Shown: positions 28,101 to 40,518, counted from the first letter of the whole stretch. The stretch: 63,425 nucleotides of DNA, filler included, from Chiloscyllium plagiosum (GCF_004010195.1; 5 parts of 2 records of this genome joined end to end with filler, not necessarily neighbours in it), one strand, 5' to 3'. The notes: generated by a model from the sequence alone, not told the origin. Program-made: numbers and translations.

Positions 28101-28913
28101 TCGTTTCTTGCTATAAGCAGAGAAAATACTGGAGAAACTCAGCAGGTCCGGCAACTGGAGAAGAGAATCGTACTGATCTCAAAACATTAACACATTTTCT
28201 CTCATCAATGATGCTGCCAGACCTCCTCCATTTCTCCAGCATCTTCTGTGCTTGTTTCAAATTTCTAGCACCTGCAGTATTTTGCTTTTATTCACTTTTT
28301 GCTGTTGTACTTGCCAACAATAGTCCCCAACTACCCTTTCCTTCCTGGGTCTTTTAGAAAACTCAGATACTCCTGAACATTTAGTACCTAGTTCTGATCA
28401 CCTGGTAATCATTCTCCGTAATGACTGTAAGATCATATTTGTGAACCTGTTTTTGTGCTGTTAATTTACAAATCTTTGGGCAACTAGGAACATCCATGTC
28501 ATACTAGAGAATTTAAAAAATCTCTTTTGTTCCCATATAGGGTGCCCTCTCTTTTCAGAACACACTATGAAGCAATTTTTAATCAGGAGCTTGGTGGGAT
28601 AATCAGGCTGAAACATGATTCACAAGAGAGAAGACCTTAACCCTGCTGACCACTGCTTTATTTACACGCTCCAAGCCAATGTGAAATACTGTGTAGCCCA
28701 GGGAAAAAAGAAACGCTTGCAGATAGCTGAATACCTCCTTGCTTGACCATCCCGAATATTCACCAAAATAAGATTAATTAGTTAAGATTTAGATAAGCTC
28801 AAGGGGCTGAAAGACCTACCTTCCCTCCTAATTTGTACGTTTGCATGTAAGAGTTAAGTAAAAATGTCTTTTAAAAGCAGAGAGTGATAAATCATCTTGT
28901 GCACAGTAGATAC

Positions 28914-29003
28914 CTGCAAGGAAAAGGTGAGCTCTAAATCGGTCTCCATCAAGCCACCTGGGGGGAGAAGATACTCATTCGATCTTAGGATTCGCTTCGA
29001 GCC
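28914..29003 (-). CDS. PACS-family (phosphofurin acidic cluster sorting protein, PACS1/PACS2-like) internal exon, furin-binding region: [30 protein letters not shown]
   Basis: Minus strand ttgtag|GGC acceptor and CAG|gtatct donor, 90 nt, phase 0/0. Matches the [21 protein letters not shown] exon of PACS1/PACS2; paralog unresolved. Confidence 0.9.
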
Positions 29004-29488
29004 CTACAATGCACCAAAATGAGAAAGAGCTATTACAGAGTCATAGAGTCAGGCATTCTGTGTAAATCACCCCAGTGAGAGCATTGCCGTTGGAAGACTC
29101 TCCGCCTCCTTTGGAATGTAGTAAGATTGCTTTCAAGGGAACCCCATCTGAAAAGAGGATATAATGATGCTGAGAGAGCAATCTAGTGTTAAAGTAAAGC
29201 AGTATCTAAACATGCTGTTCAAACTAAGACAAGATCTTGGTATTACTGAAAAAAGACACATTTTGTCGAAGCTTTGTCTTTCAATCATCAGGATATTTCA
29301 CAAGAATACAAAGACAAGAGGAAAGCCAACATTTACACTGCAAGAGAGGAAAGTACTGATTTGTTACCAAGAGGATTCTGCTGTGGAGGCATTGCCATAA
29401 AAAATGCACCCAGTAATGCTGATTGACAGTTAACAGCCAGTCTTTGTTAAACTTTATATCATGCAACTTGATTGGTTGAAGGATTGCC

Positions 29489-29745
29489 ATAGAGTCATAC
29501 AGCACAGAAATAGATACTTTAGTCCAACCCATCCACGCTGACCAGGTTTCTCAAATTAATTTAGACCTCATTTGAACACACCTGGCCCAAATCCTTCTAA
29601 ACCTTTCTTATTCATATTTAAATGTTGTAACTGTACCTGCACCTATAACATCCTCTGGCAGTTCATTCCACGCATCAACCATGCTCTGTGTTAAAAAGCT
29701 GCCCCTCTGGTCCCTTTTAAATTTTTCTCTTCCCACCTTAAACAG
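29489..29745 (-). mobile_element. CR1 3' tail fragment
   Basis: CATAGAGTCATACAGCACAGAA tail, collinear with 27408-27600. Confidence 0.8.
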
Positions 29746-30679
29746 TACCATATTCTCCAGTCTCGCCACATAACTGTTTCTCATCTTGGGTTCCTTTCTA
29801 ACACTTCTGGAAGATTATGCCATCCTTCATAGATAATGGTTTCCAAAGCTGGGCAATATCCCAACTGAATCAGAATCATTATGATGCAGAAAGAGGCCAT
29901 TTGGGCCTTAGGCTGTCACCTGCACATTATTTATCTCCAAATAATAATTCCCTGTCCTCTCCAGTGCCTCAATCAAACCTTCCTCCACCACATTTCTCGG
30001 CAGTGCATTGCATAGTTAACTATTTATTCACTGAGTGTAAAAGCTTTTTCCCACATCAGATTTGTGAGTTGTAACAGGCACAGTGCAATATCATGAGAAA
30101 AGTACTTGTGTATTAATACATGTAACTTCAAGTACATTCAGAGTGCCATACTACGACCTGACTGACAATGCTAAACCCTCCACACACTCACCAAAAACCC
30201 ATCATTCCCGGCACCAATCATAACAATACCATAACTATAACCTCCGAAGTGGAGGTGACAGTGTGAGTGCGAAAGGAAACCATTTGTTGGAGACGTGCAA
30301 ACTGTTTCAGGCAAGTTGTAAAGGAATCACTTATTCCATGACAGAGAGAGAGAAAACAGCTGACCTGTTTCAGACTTTCTACCTATGCAAAACCAGCTCA
30401 ACAGCACCAGAAATTAAATCAATGTGTTTCAGGATCCTCATCAATTCACGTGGAACCTCTTCCATGGATATAACAAGCTGAATATACTACTTGCCTACCA
30501 ACAGGTATGGAGACGTGGTGGCATAGTGAAGGGGGCACAGGGTGGTGACTGTGGGCCAGAAGATGGGGAACTATCTGGATGGAACTTCACACAGTTTGCG
30601 CTTGGTAGTCACCCAAGATACACCTATTGGCATAACTCCACTGATACCAGAAACACTCACGGACATACCTCATTCCCTC

Positions 30680-31030
30680 CATAGAGACACAGAATAGAAA
30701 AAGGCCTTTCAGTCCATTGAGTCTGCACCAAGAACATCAACCACCTACTATTCGAATTCCATTTTCCAACCCTTGGACTGTAAGTGCACATCTAAACACT
30801 TTTCACACTCTGAGTGAAAAAGGTTTTCCTCACATCTCCTCTAAACCTGCTGGCCCTACTTTAGATCTCTGTCCCCTGGTCATTGATCTCTTCATCAAGG
30901 GGAAACGTTTCTTCCTGTCTACCACCCCATTTATAGCCCTCATCATTTTATTCCACTTAACCATGTCCCCTCTCAGTCTCCCCTGCTCTAAGGAAAACAA
31001 TCCTAGTCTGTCCACTCTCTCTTCGTAATT
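30680..31030 (-). mobile_element. CR1 3' fragment
   Basis: DRLGLFSLEQGRLRGDM. Confidence 0.8.
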
Positions 31031-31538
31031 GAAACTCTTTAGTCATTTGTAGGCAATGCATTACCTTCCTCAGAAATGTTCACAGTATTTCACAGACTTT
31101 GAAAGGCATTGACTGCAGTTATTGTGAACACAACAAGACCATACAAACAAGACAACACATGCGCAAAATACTGTTGACACTGAAAGTCGGAAATAAAAAT
31201 GGAAAACCCTGGAGAAGTTCAGCTGGTCTGGCAGTATCTGTGGAGAGAAAAACAGCCAACATTTCAGACCGATAATTTTATGTCAAAGTTCTAACAACTT
31301 TTGGAGTTTATAACTAGATGACAGTTCTGTAGCTCCATATTTTCTCAACCTCACATTTACCTCCATCTTCAACTCTCCAGTCCTCAATAAAATCATCCAA
31401 CTCTCTCCCCCTGGCTGTTTCTCCACTATAGACTTTATTGACACAGACTTGAATGGATATGGCAGATAACTGGTTTAGCCACTCACTGCCAGATCTGCCT
31501 GGGCCACATCAAACTACATTGGGTCCTGCTCTTGATAG

Positions 31539-31684
31539 GAGAAAGTGAGGTCTGCAGATGCTGGAGATCAAAGTTGAAACTTTATTGCTGGAACAGCACA
31601 GCAGGTCAGGNNNNNNNNNNNNNNNNNTCCTGTTCCCTGGATGCTGCCTGACCTGCTGTGCTGTTCCAGCAATAAAGTTTCAAC
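31539..31684. mobile_element. Fold-back mini-element of inverted PLE ends, 14-bp TSD
   Basis: Inverted arms around a 17-N gap; TSD CCTGCTCTTGATAG at 31525-31538 and 31685-31698. Confidence 0.85.
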
Positions 31685-31795
31685 CCTGCTCTTGATAGCT
31701 AAAGCTGCTCATTATTCCAGGATTGTCCCGGATTGGAAAACAAACACCTGGACTCATTTCTTTTTATCTCTCCACCCTGGAGGCTCCCTGCCTCT

Positions 31796-31831
31796 ATTCC
31801 TGATGAAGGGCTTTTGCCTGAAAGGTCGATT
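31796..31831 (+). ncRNA. Minimal hammerhead motif, helix III palindrome mutated
   Basis: ATTC-CTGATGA-A-GGGC-TTTT-GCCT-GAAA-GG-TC-GATT. Confidence 0.55.
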
Positions 31832-32086
31832 TTCCTGCTCCTCAGATGCTGCCTGACCTGCTGTGCTTTTCCAGCACCACTCTAATCTAAACTCTGGTTT
31901 CCAGCATCAGCAGTCCTCACTTTTGCCCCATTTCTCTACACGCTGCCTTAAGGCCTTTCCCCCCAATTTCTTCACTCTTAGCTTCAACAATAAGTATGGA
32001 ATGCAGGTTATTTTCCACAGACTGTGGTACAGTCTAACACAGGGCAGCCCATATCTTGAATGCATTATCTGGGCCGACATGACACC

Positions 32087-32368
32087 AATTGTTAAAGTTG
32101 AGAATGTAACTTTTAAAAAGGTTTTGTGATTTACATATGAAAGAACTAAAACCAACATGGTCATTCTAAAAGATGAGAGACTTAACAAACAATCCAGGTC
32201 TTTTTCAATATATAATTTCAGTTACATCACACTGTAAACGTTTGCTATAAATTCTGTGTCTTACAATCTTATTCTCCACAACCACCTGATGAAGGAGCAC
32301 CACTCCGAAAGCTAGTGCTTCCAAATAAACCTGTTGAACTATAACCTGATGTTGTGTGATTTTTAACC
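32087..32368 (+). mobile_element. PLE 3' UTR/terminus with intact hammerhead
   Basis: AT-rich UTR ending CTGATGAAGGAG...AATAAACCTGTTG.ACTATAACCTG.TGTTGTGTGATTTTTAAC; same tail as the split copy at 17273/18948. Confidence 0.7.
32283..32317 (+). ncRNA. Minimal hammerhead motif (another PLE family), intact
   Basis: CAC-CTGATGA-A-GGAG-CACCA-CTCC-GAAA-GC-TA-GTG: helix I CAC/GTG, helix II GGAG/CTCC, palindromic AGCU. Confidence 0.82.
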
Positions 32369-32620
32369 CTGTTAGAATATTAAGAGTTTCTATCAAACCC
32401 CCCAAATTATCAGACAGTTTATCTTTTTCACAATAGATAAACGGAAATTTCTTTCACTTAAATATTGAGAAGTGTTGGAAATACATAAAAATATATTAAC
32501 GACTGAGACCCAAACAATACTAGAAGATATTGAATTGTTGGATACTTTCTGAAATAAAAGAGGCTGATTGTCTTTAATAGCCTGAAGGCCTGCCTTAGAA
32601 TAGATTATGGGGCTTCTGTG

Positions 32621-32831
32621 GAGGAGAAAGTGAGGTCTGCAGATGCTGGAGATCAGAGCTGAAAATGTGTTGCTGGAAAAGCGCAGCAGGTCAGGCAGCA
32701 TCCAGGGAACAGGAGAATCGACGTTTTGGGGCATAAGATTCCTGAAGAAGAGCTTATGCCCAAAACGTCAATTCTCCTGTTCCTTGGATGCTGCCTGACC
32801 TGCTGCGCTTTTCCAGCAACACATTTTCAGC
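32621..32831. mobile_element. Fold-back mini-element of inverted PLE ends, 15-bp TSD
   Basis: TSD TATGGGGCTTCTGTG at 32606-32620 and 32832-32846; arms are reverse complements. Confidence 0.88.
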
Positions 32832-32974
32832 TATGGGGCTTCTGTGTTGATCGTTTTCAAACACCAGGAGAGTCATTAGGAAAACAAAGCAGCAGTAGGG
32901 AACAGTGAGGCTGCAAGATCTCTCTCCGGGTTGGAATTTGGTAACCTGATTATGTCACCACCTCACTCTCTCTG

Positions 32975-33920
32975 TACTGACCATCTGACTGTGTGGCACT
33001 CCCTCAGTACTGACCCTTTTACAGTGCAGCACTCCCTCAGTACTGACGGTCTGACAGTGCAGCACTCCCTCTGACAGTGCGGCATTCCCTCAATACTGAC
33101 CCTCTGACAGTGCAGCATTCCCTCTGTACTGAATGTCCGACAGTGCAGAACTACCTCAGCACTGACCCTCCCTCACTGTGGCACTTCCTCATTACTGACC
33201 CTCCAATAGTACGGCACTCCCTCAGTATTGACCCTCCGACAACGTGGCACTCCCTCAGTACTGATGCTCCAACAGTGTGGCGCTCCCACAGCACTGACCC
33301 TCTGACAGTACAGCACTCCCTCAGTGCTGACCCTCCGACAGCGTGGCACTCCCTCAGTATTGACCCTCCAACAGTGCGGCACTCCCTCAGTACTGACCCT
33401 CCAACCCACCGACAGTGTGGCCTTCCCTCAGTACTGACCCTTCAGCAGTGCGGACTCCCTCAGCACTGACTCTTTGACAGTGTGGCATTCCCACAGTACT
33501 GACCCTCTGACAGTGCGGCACTCCCTCAGTACTGACCCTCCAACAGTGCTGCGCTCCCTCAGCACTGACTCTCTGACAGTGCGGCACTCCCTCAGTACTG
33601 ACCCTTCAACTCACCGATAGTGTGGCCTTCCCTCGGTACTGACTCTCCAACAGTGCAATCTCCCTCAGCACTGACCCTCTGACAGTGTGGCACTCCCCCA
33701 GTACTGACCCTCCGACAGTGCTGCGCTCCCTCAGCACTGACTCTCTGACAGTGCGGCACTCCCACAGTACTGACCCTCTGACAGTGTGGCACTCCCTCAG
33801 CAATGACCCTCCAACAGTGCCGCACTCCCTCAGTACTGACCCTCCGACAGTGCTGCGCTCCCTCAGTACTGACATTCTGACAGCGCGTCATTCCTTCAGC
33901 ACTGACCCTCCGACAGTGCA
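32975..33920 (+). repeat. 33-bp satellite (ACTGACCCTCCGACAGTGCGGCACTCCCTCAGT)n, about 28 diverged copies
   Basis: Read directly; gives the STDPPTVRHSL repeat ORFs. Confidence 0.95.
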
Positions 33921-35493
33921 GCAACCTGCTGTTCAAGCTAAGTCTTGGAATGGGGTTGAAATAGACAGCACTGTGACTCAGAGGTGAGTGTGATTTCAAA
34001 TGAACCAAGGTGACACTTTAAAACTGTACACTTGCAATGTACACCAGGATAGTTAAAGGACACCTTGAGAGCTGCAGTTTGGGATTGTGGTCCTTTTCCT
34101 TGGGAATTAATTCCTGCATGCATATATGTATAAATGAAACAAAACTCACAGCTGGCAGTTAAAATGATATTTTTAAATTGTCTGGTAACATTTGACTGTA
34201 TTAGGGTGTGGAAAGCTAAAACTGCAGCTGTTGTAGCATTAAGAGGTTTAATTGATTCCTAATGTAGCTCTGCCTGCCTGCATCGTACAGTGTCAGGTAA
34301 CAAGACCTGGGAAATATAATGAAGGTTCCCAAACATGCGGAAGGTATCATTTTTGAAAATCATTTCAGTTGTGCATTATTGGTAAAGATTAAAATCTGCA
34401 TCAACAAGACAACTGGATTTGAAAAGCTGCCACATTTTGCAGTGGCAGTGTGGGGTAAAGGAACAATCAAGTCAGCCTTTTGGTATTTGGTGAGTGTGCA
34501 GACATTGGCAAGGATCTCAGTCTCTGGGAGGGGAGCCTGATCCCTGGTATAATTTGTTAAATGTGTACATGCTGGCTGGGCTAGCATTTAACGTCCCTCC
34601 CTATTTAAATCCCAATTACTTCACCGTTGGCAGCCATGCCTTCAGCTGCCTGGGCTCTACGTTCTGGAGTCACAAGCTACAAATCTCCACCTCATGTCTC
34701 CCTGTCACATAATTTATTTTAAAACACTTCTGTGAAGTGATTTGGAACACTTTGTTACTTAAAAGATATTATATAAATACAAGTGGTCCCTGTTGGCTAT
34801 TCTGATCTCAGGACGTACAGGGTAATTATCCTGAAATGTTGCATTGGAGAGAAATCTGATCACCAGCTTTGCAGATGCCACGTTGGGTGATTAGTTCACC
34901 CGAAAGTGGTGTATCCAGGGTTCCACATCCTCTGAAGGACATTAACACGACACATACAAACAAATGTAGAGCAGCATGTGGAGGGGTGACAATTCACTTT
35001 GAGGATGATACAAAGATTGGCTGGGTGGTTGGCAGTGAGGAAGAGAGTCTTGGGTTACAGTGGATATTAACAGGTTGGTCAGATGGGCAGATTAGTGACA
35101 GATGGAATTTAACCCCGACCACTGTGAGGTGATACACTTTAGAAGAAGGAACAAGACAATGGAGTACACAATGAATAGCAGGTCATGAAGAAGCTCAGAG
35201 AATGCTAGTCTACAGATTCCTGGAAGTGGCAGGGCAAGTTAACCAGGTAGTTATGAAGGAACAAAAATAAAACAAAAAACTGCAAGTGCTGAAGATCTGA
35301 AACAAAACAGAAATGTTGGAGGAATTCAGCAGACCTGGTAATATTTGTGGGAGAAAGCACAGTTAATGTTTCAAGTCCACTGAACCTTTTTCAGATCTTA
35401 GTGTTCTATGACTATGAGATATGATAGTGGGAATGATATCACAGGCATTGTGGCACTGGAATTCAAATGGGAAGCCAGATGAAAGGGGTTGGA

Positions 35494-35990
35494 GAGACAG
35501 TGGGATGGAGACATAGTGGGAAAGAGAGGGAGTGGGACAGGCAAGCTGTGGGATGGAGAGACAATGGGGCAGACAGGCAGTGGAACAGAGAGGCAATGGG
35601 ATGGAGAAGCAGTGAGATGGAGAGGGATGAGATGGCGAGACGGTGGGATGGAGAGGCAGTGGGACAGAGAAGCAGAAGGACACACAGGCAGTGGGACAGA
35701 AAGATAGTGGGATAGAGAGCTAGTGGGAAGGACAGGCAGTGGAGACGGTGGGTGGAGAGGCAGTGGGACAGAGAAGCAGAAGGACACACAGGCAGTGGGA
35801 CAGAAAGATAGTGGGATAGAGAGCTAGTGGGAAGGACAGGCAGTGGGATGGAGAGATAGTGGGATGGAGAGCTAGTGGGAATGACAGGCAGTGGGATGGA
35901 GAGATAGTGGGATGGAGAGCTCGTGGGAATGACAGGCAGTGGGATGGAGAGATAGTGGGATGGAGAGCAAGTGGGAATGACAGGCAGTGG
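35494..35990 (+). repeat. Purine-rich minisatellite built on AGTGGGATGGAGAG-like subunits
   Basis: Repeated (C/T)AGTGGGA(TG/CA)GAGA with higher-order duplications; runs into a gap. Confidence 0.88.
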
Positions 35991-36519
35991 NNNNNNNNNN
36001 NNNNNNNNNNNNNNNNNNNNNNNNNNNNNNNNNNTTAATTAATTAANNNNNNNNNNNNNNNNNNNNNNNNNNNNNNNNNNNNNNNNNNNNGGCTTCCCAT
36101 TTTCCAGCCGTCCCTTTATCTGCGAACATCTGCCCCCAATCAGCTTTTGAAAGTTCTTGCCTAATACCATTCAAAATTGCCTTTCTCCAATTTAGAACTT
36201 CAACTTTTAGATCTGGTCTATCCTTTTCCATCATTATTTTAAATCTAATAGAATTATGGGCGCTGGCCCCAAAGAGCTCCCCCACTGACACCTTAGTCAC
36301 CTACTCTACCTTATTTCCCAAGAGTAGATCAAGTTTTGCACCTTCTCTACTGAATCAGAAAATTATCTTGTACGCACTTAACAAATATGAGGATACTTTG
36401 AAGTCACAATACAACACAATTGTCGAAGACACATTTGATAGAGTTAAAAAAATCCCACAACCAACAGTTCAGATCAAAGCTTTGCAGTCCTGCCATATAA
36501 TACCACAACTATAGAGACA

Positions 36520-38132
36520 GGTGCCCTATGATGATCTCAATGATGGAGGAAGCCAAGATAACAGTGGAAAAGACAAAGCTGATAACTTGCAACCATCCTC
36601 AGCTAGAATTGTCCAGTTGATGATCCATCTCAAAATCCTCCTGGGGAACCAAATATCAAACATGTCAATCTTTACCTGATTTAACTCACCCCTTATTATA
36701 CCAAGAATTGGTGGAGCCACTCCATGCTATAAAGACTATGAACCTTAGCAAAATTCCAGCAGAAGTACTGAAAACTTGTGCTCCAAACTTAGCTATACTC
36801 CTAACAAAGCAACTCCAGAACATCTACAACTTCGGAATTTATCCATTTGTCCTGTTCCTCAAATATCTTCAGCTGCTTTATCAATGACATTCCCTCCATC
36901 ATAAGGTCAGAAGTGGGGATATTCACTGACTGCATATTTTTAGCACCATTTGTGACTCCTCAGAATCTGAAGCAGTCCATGTTCAAATGCAACAGGACTT
37001 GTATTCAGACAAAAGTGAGGACTGCAGAGAGCCACCGAGGTAAAATGAAAACATGAATGATTCATTCTGTGGTAAAATGGATCTATCAGATGAAAGCAGG
37101 GCGATGGTGGTATAGTGGTGAACATAGCTGCCTTCCAAACAGATAACCTGGTTTCAATTCCCAGCCATTGCAGTGTTGTCATTTCTAAACTGACTTTAAA
37201 AGGAAAGTCACCGAGGTAAAACAAGAACATGAATGATTCATTCTGTGGTAAAATGGATCTAGCCTTGGGCTGAAAAGTGGCTGTAACATTTGATTTGATT
37301 TAATGTAGTCACGTGTACGTAAGTACAGTGAAAAGCTTGGTTTGCGAGCAGTACAGGCAGATCATAGGATACTTAGACAGATTGAGGCATACAGATTACA
37401 CTGCATAGGAGGTCCGCAAAGCAAGATCAACATTATTTGAAGTTAGATGCCAATCTATGATCCTCTCCAATAAAAAGCAATCTAACCATCATCCCTAGAC
37501 ATTCAATGGCATTACCATCACTGAGTTCCCCACTATCAACATCTAGAGAGTTACCATTGAACATCCGCACTCTGACCTTATGATGGAGGGAATGTCATTG
37601 ATAAAGCAGCTGAAGATGATTGAGGAACAGGGTAAATGGATAAATACAAGATTTGTAGATGTTCTGGAAGTGCATAAGTAGAGGTATAACTAAGTCTTGG
37701 AGCACAAGTATTCAGTACATCTGCTGGCATTACCATTGCTGAAACTCCCACTATCAATATCCTGGGAGCTACCACTGGCCAGCCATAAGTAGTGTCCATA
37801 CAAGCAGGTCTGAAGCTAGGAATATTTCAATGAGTAACTCACCTCCTGACTCTCTAAATCCTGTCCATCATCTACATGACACAAGTCAGGAATGTGGAAG
37901 ATGGAATACTCCCCAGTTATCTGGATGCAGCTTAACACCATTCAGGACAAAGAATCCAGCTTAATTGGCTCCACATCTACAAGCATTCTCTCCCTCCACC
38001 ACCGATGCTCAGTAGCAGCAGGATGTACTATTATATGATGCACTCCAGAAATTCACCAAACTCTTTAGAAAGCACTTTCCCAACCCACAGTCACCTCCAT
38101 CCAGAAGGAGAAGAGCAGCAGATATATGGGAA
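36520..38132 (+). mobile_element. Fragmented CR1/L2-group LINE (same family as 26930-27252)
   Basis: IFSCFINDIPSIIRSEVGIFTDC RT remnant; 38070-38130 matches 26940-27000. Confidence 0.7.
37101..37172 (+). pseudogene. tRNA-Gly(TCC) pseudogene
   Basis: 72 nt collinear with vertebrate tRNA-Gly-TCC (GCG.TGGTGGTATAGTGGTGA.CATAGCTGCCTTCCAA...); mismatches in the anticodon and T stems, CpG decay. Confidence 0.85.
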
Positions 38133-38879
38133 TTTGCATGAAGATTTATAAGGGACCAGATGGGCAACTTCTTCACAAAGAGGGTGGTTCGTATGTGGAC
38201 TTTGTTTCCACAAGAACTGTACAGTGGTCATACTTATTGATACTATCATGAGTCTGCAGCTAGCAGATTGGTGTGGATGAGGTCAAGTTTGTTTCTCCCC
38301 TTTTAGAAGCTATTTCATTGTTTGCCTGAACATTTTGATTCTGTTAAGATTGCCATGAGATTGCATCAGTTTGCTGCCTGCTCTCTACATCCCTTGCTTC
38401 CCTGGGAAACTGAACTAAATCTGAAAAAAGCTGAAGGATTGAACATTCACAACCCTCTATGGTTGAGAATTCAAAAGAGTCACAACGCTTAGATAGAAGA
38501 AACCTCTCCTGACTTCATTACAGCCTTGGTTCAAACATAAACAAATTTTCTGGATGTAGGTTTGCTCACTGAGCTGGAAGGTTCATTTCCAGACATTTCG
38601 TCACCATACGACATCAGTGGTGGGTCAATTGCTAGAGCTGATTCTGAAAGATAGGATTTACGTGCACTTGGAGAGGCTTGGAATGACTAGGGATAGTCAG
38701 CATGGTTTTGTGCGAGGGAAATCATGAGTCACAAACTTGATTGAGTTCTTTGAGGAAGTAACCACAAGATTGATTAGGGCAGAACAGTAGGCATTGTTTG
38801 TTTGGATTTCAGTAAAGCCTTTGACAAGATTCCACATGGTAAACTAATTAGTAAAGCTCGATCACGAGATTCAGGAATC

Positions 38880-40205
38880 ACTCATATTAGCCATTTTCCA
38901 GTCATCTATGATACTCCCTGATTCCAGTGATTCCTGGAAGATCACCACCAATGCCTCCACAATCTCCTCCCTTATCTTTTTCAGAGCTCTGGCATGTCGT
39001 TCAACTGGTCGGGGTGATTTATCCATCTTCAGACCTTTCAGCTTCCCCAATACCTTCTACTTAGCGATGGCGACTACACTCACCTCTGTTCCTTCACTCC
39101 CTTCTTCTATGCTGCTGGTGTCTTCCACAGTGAAAACTAATGCAAGGTACCTATTCAGTTCCTCTGCCATTTCTTTGTTCCCCATTACTGCATCTCCAGC
39201 CTCATTTTTCCAGCGGTCCAATGTCCTCTCTTGCCTCTCTCTTATCTTTTAGATATATAAAAAAAACCTCTTATCAGCTTATTTTACATTATTATTTACC
39301 TTATTCTCAAATTTCATATTCTTTTTGTGTTTTTTAGTTATTCTCTGCTGGTTTTTAAAGGCTTCCTAATCCTCCAGTTTTTCACTAATTGAGATGGCAC
39401 AGTGGTTCAGTGGTTTGCACTGATGCTTCACAGTGCCAGAGACCTGGGTTGAATTTTAGCCTGCGGCAACTGTCTGTATGGAATTTGCACGTTCTCTTCG
39501 TGTTTATGTGGGTTTCTGCTGGGTGCTCTGGTTTCCTCCCACAATTTAAAGGTGTGCAGGTTTGATGGATTTGCCATGCTAAATTGCTCATAGTGGCCAG
39601 GGATGTGTAGGCTAGGTCGATTAGCTATGAGAAATGCCGGTTTATAGGAATAGAGGGATGTGTCTGGGTGGAATGCTCTTCAGAGGGTTGGTGTGGACTT
39701 AATAGGCTAAATAGCCTGCTTCCACACTGTAGGGATTGTAACCTTTACCGCGTTGTATGCTTTTTAATTTGCTTTCATGCTGTCCGTGACTTTCCTTGTT
39801 AGCCATGGTTGCCTCTTCATCCCTTCAGTCTGCTTTTTCTTCCTTGGGATAAATTTCGGCTGTGCTTTCCAATTATCCCAAGAAACTCCTGTCATTTTCC
39901 TCGCTAGGCACACCTTCCAATTAACTCTAACCAGCTCCTCCCTCATGTCTTTGTAGTTACCTTTATTCAGTGGTAACAGAGTTACATCTGATTCCAGCTT
40001 CTTCTCAAACTGCAAGCTGAATTCTATCATATTATGGTCACTGCTCCTAAAGGTTCCTTCACTTTAAGCTCTCTAATCACATCTACTTCAGTACACATCA
40101 CTAAATCCAGTAATGCCTGTTCCTAGTAGCCCTACCACAAGCTGCTCCAAAAACTTACTTTGTAGACTTTCCATGAATTTCTTGACTTGGGATCCGCTAC
40201 CAACC
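38880..40205 (-). mobile_element. CR1 ORF2 fragment with nested SINE
   Basis: MIEFSLQFE...NKGNYKDMREEL...QPWLT; collinear with 58250-59170. Confidence 0.85.
39393..39740 (+). mobile_element. Older HE1-type V-SINE
   Basis: Collinear with 25726-26043, with CpG decay. Confidence 0.88.
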
Positions 40206-40480
40206 TGAACCTATCATTCTTTATCCTTTTACAAGTAGGAATAGTTTCTTCCTATGTCCAGGAACAGGGTTAGAGTTAGGGTACAGTTGCAGTAATATTT
40301 CCCTACTCTTAAACTTCAACCTGCTTGAAATAAGGGGCAACATTCCATTAGTCCGTTCTGAAGAAGACCCAAACCATTAACTCTGATTTCCCTCCACAGC
40401 TGCTGCCAGACCTACTCAGTATCTCCAGCAATTTCTGTTTTTGTTTTTTGTTTCTTATTTCCAGCATCCACAGTTCTTCC

Positions 40481-40518
40481 AGTTCTGAAGAAAGGTCACT
40501 GGACCTAAAATGTTAACT
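40481..40518 (+). ncRNA. Decayed minimal hammerhead motif (fifth family; a further decayed tandem copy lies near 40355-40384)
   Basis: AGTT-CTGAAGA-A-AGGTC-ACTG-GACCT-AAAA-TG-TT-AACT: helix I AGTT/AACT, helix II AGGTC/GACCT, G12 mutated. Confidence 0.55.

Noticed and set aside
28968..28990. Resemblance to the U2 snRNA 5' region (CTAAGATC...AGTATCT on -)
   Set aside because: Short, imperfect, and fully explained by the PACS coding exon.
29070..29147. Possible extra minus-strand PACS exon (ttttcag|ATGGGG...ACTGGG|gtgatt)
   Set aside because: Weak donor, stop in the phase-0 frame, no PACS similarity, and only about 65 nt from the real acceptor.
32975..33920. CRISPR-like regular repeats
   Set aside because: Contiguous 33-bp units with no unique spacers, no cas genes, vertebrate context.
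35363..35789. Cys/His/Pro-rich or Trp/Arg-rich ORFs
   Set aside because: Translations of a purine-rich minisatellite.
37101..37172. Functional tRNA-Gly gene
   Set aside because: Mismatched anticodon and T stems, altered B-box, no nearby oligo-T terminator; called a pseudogene.
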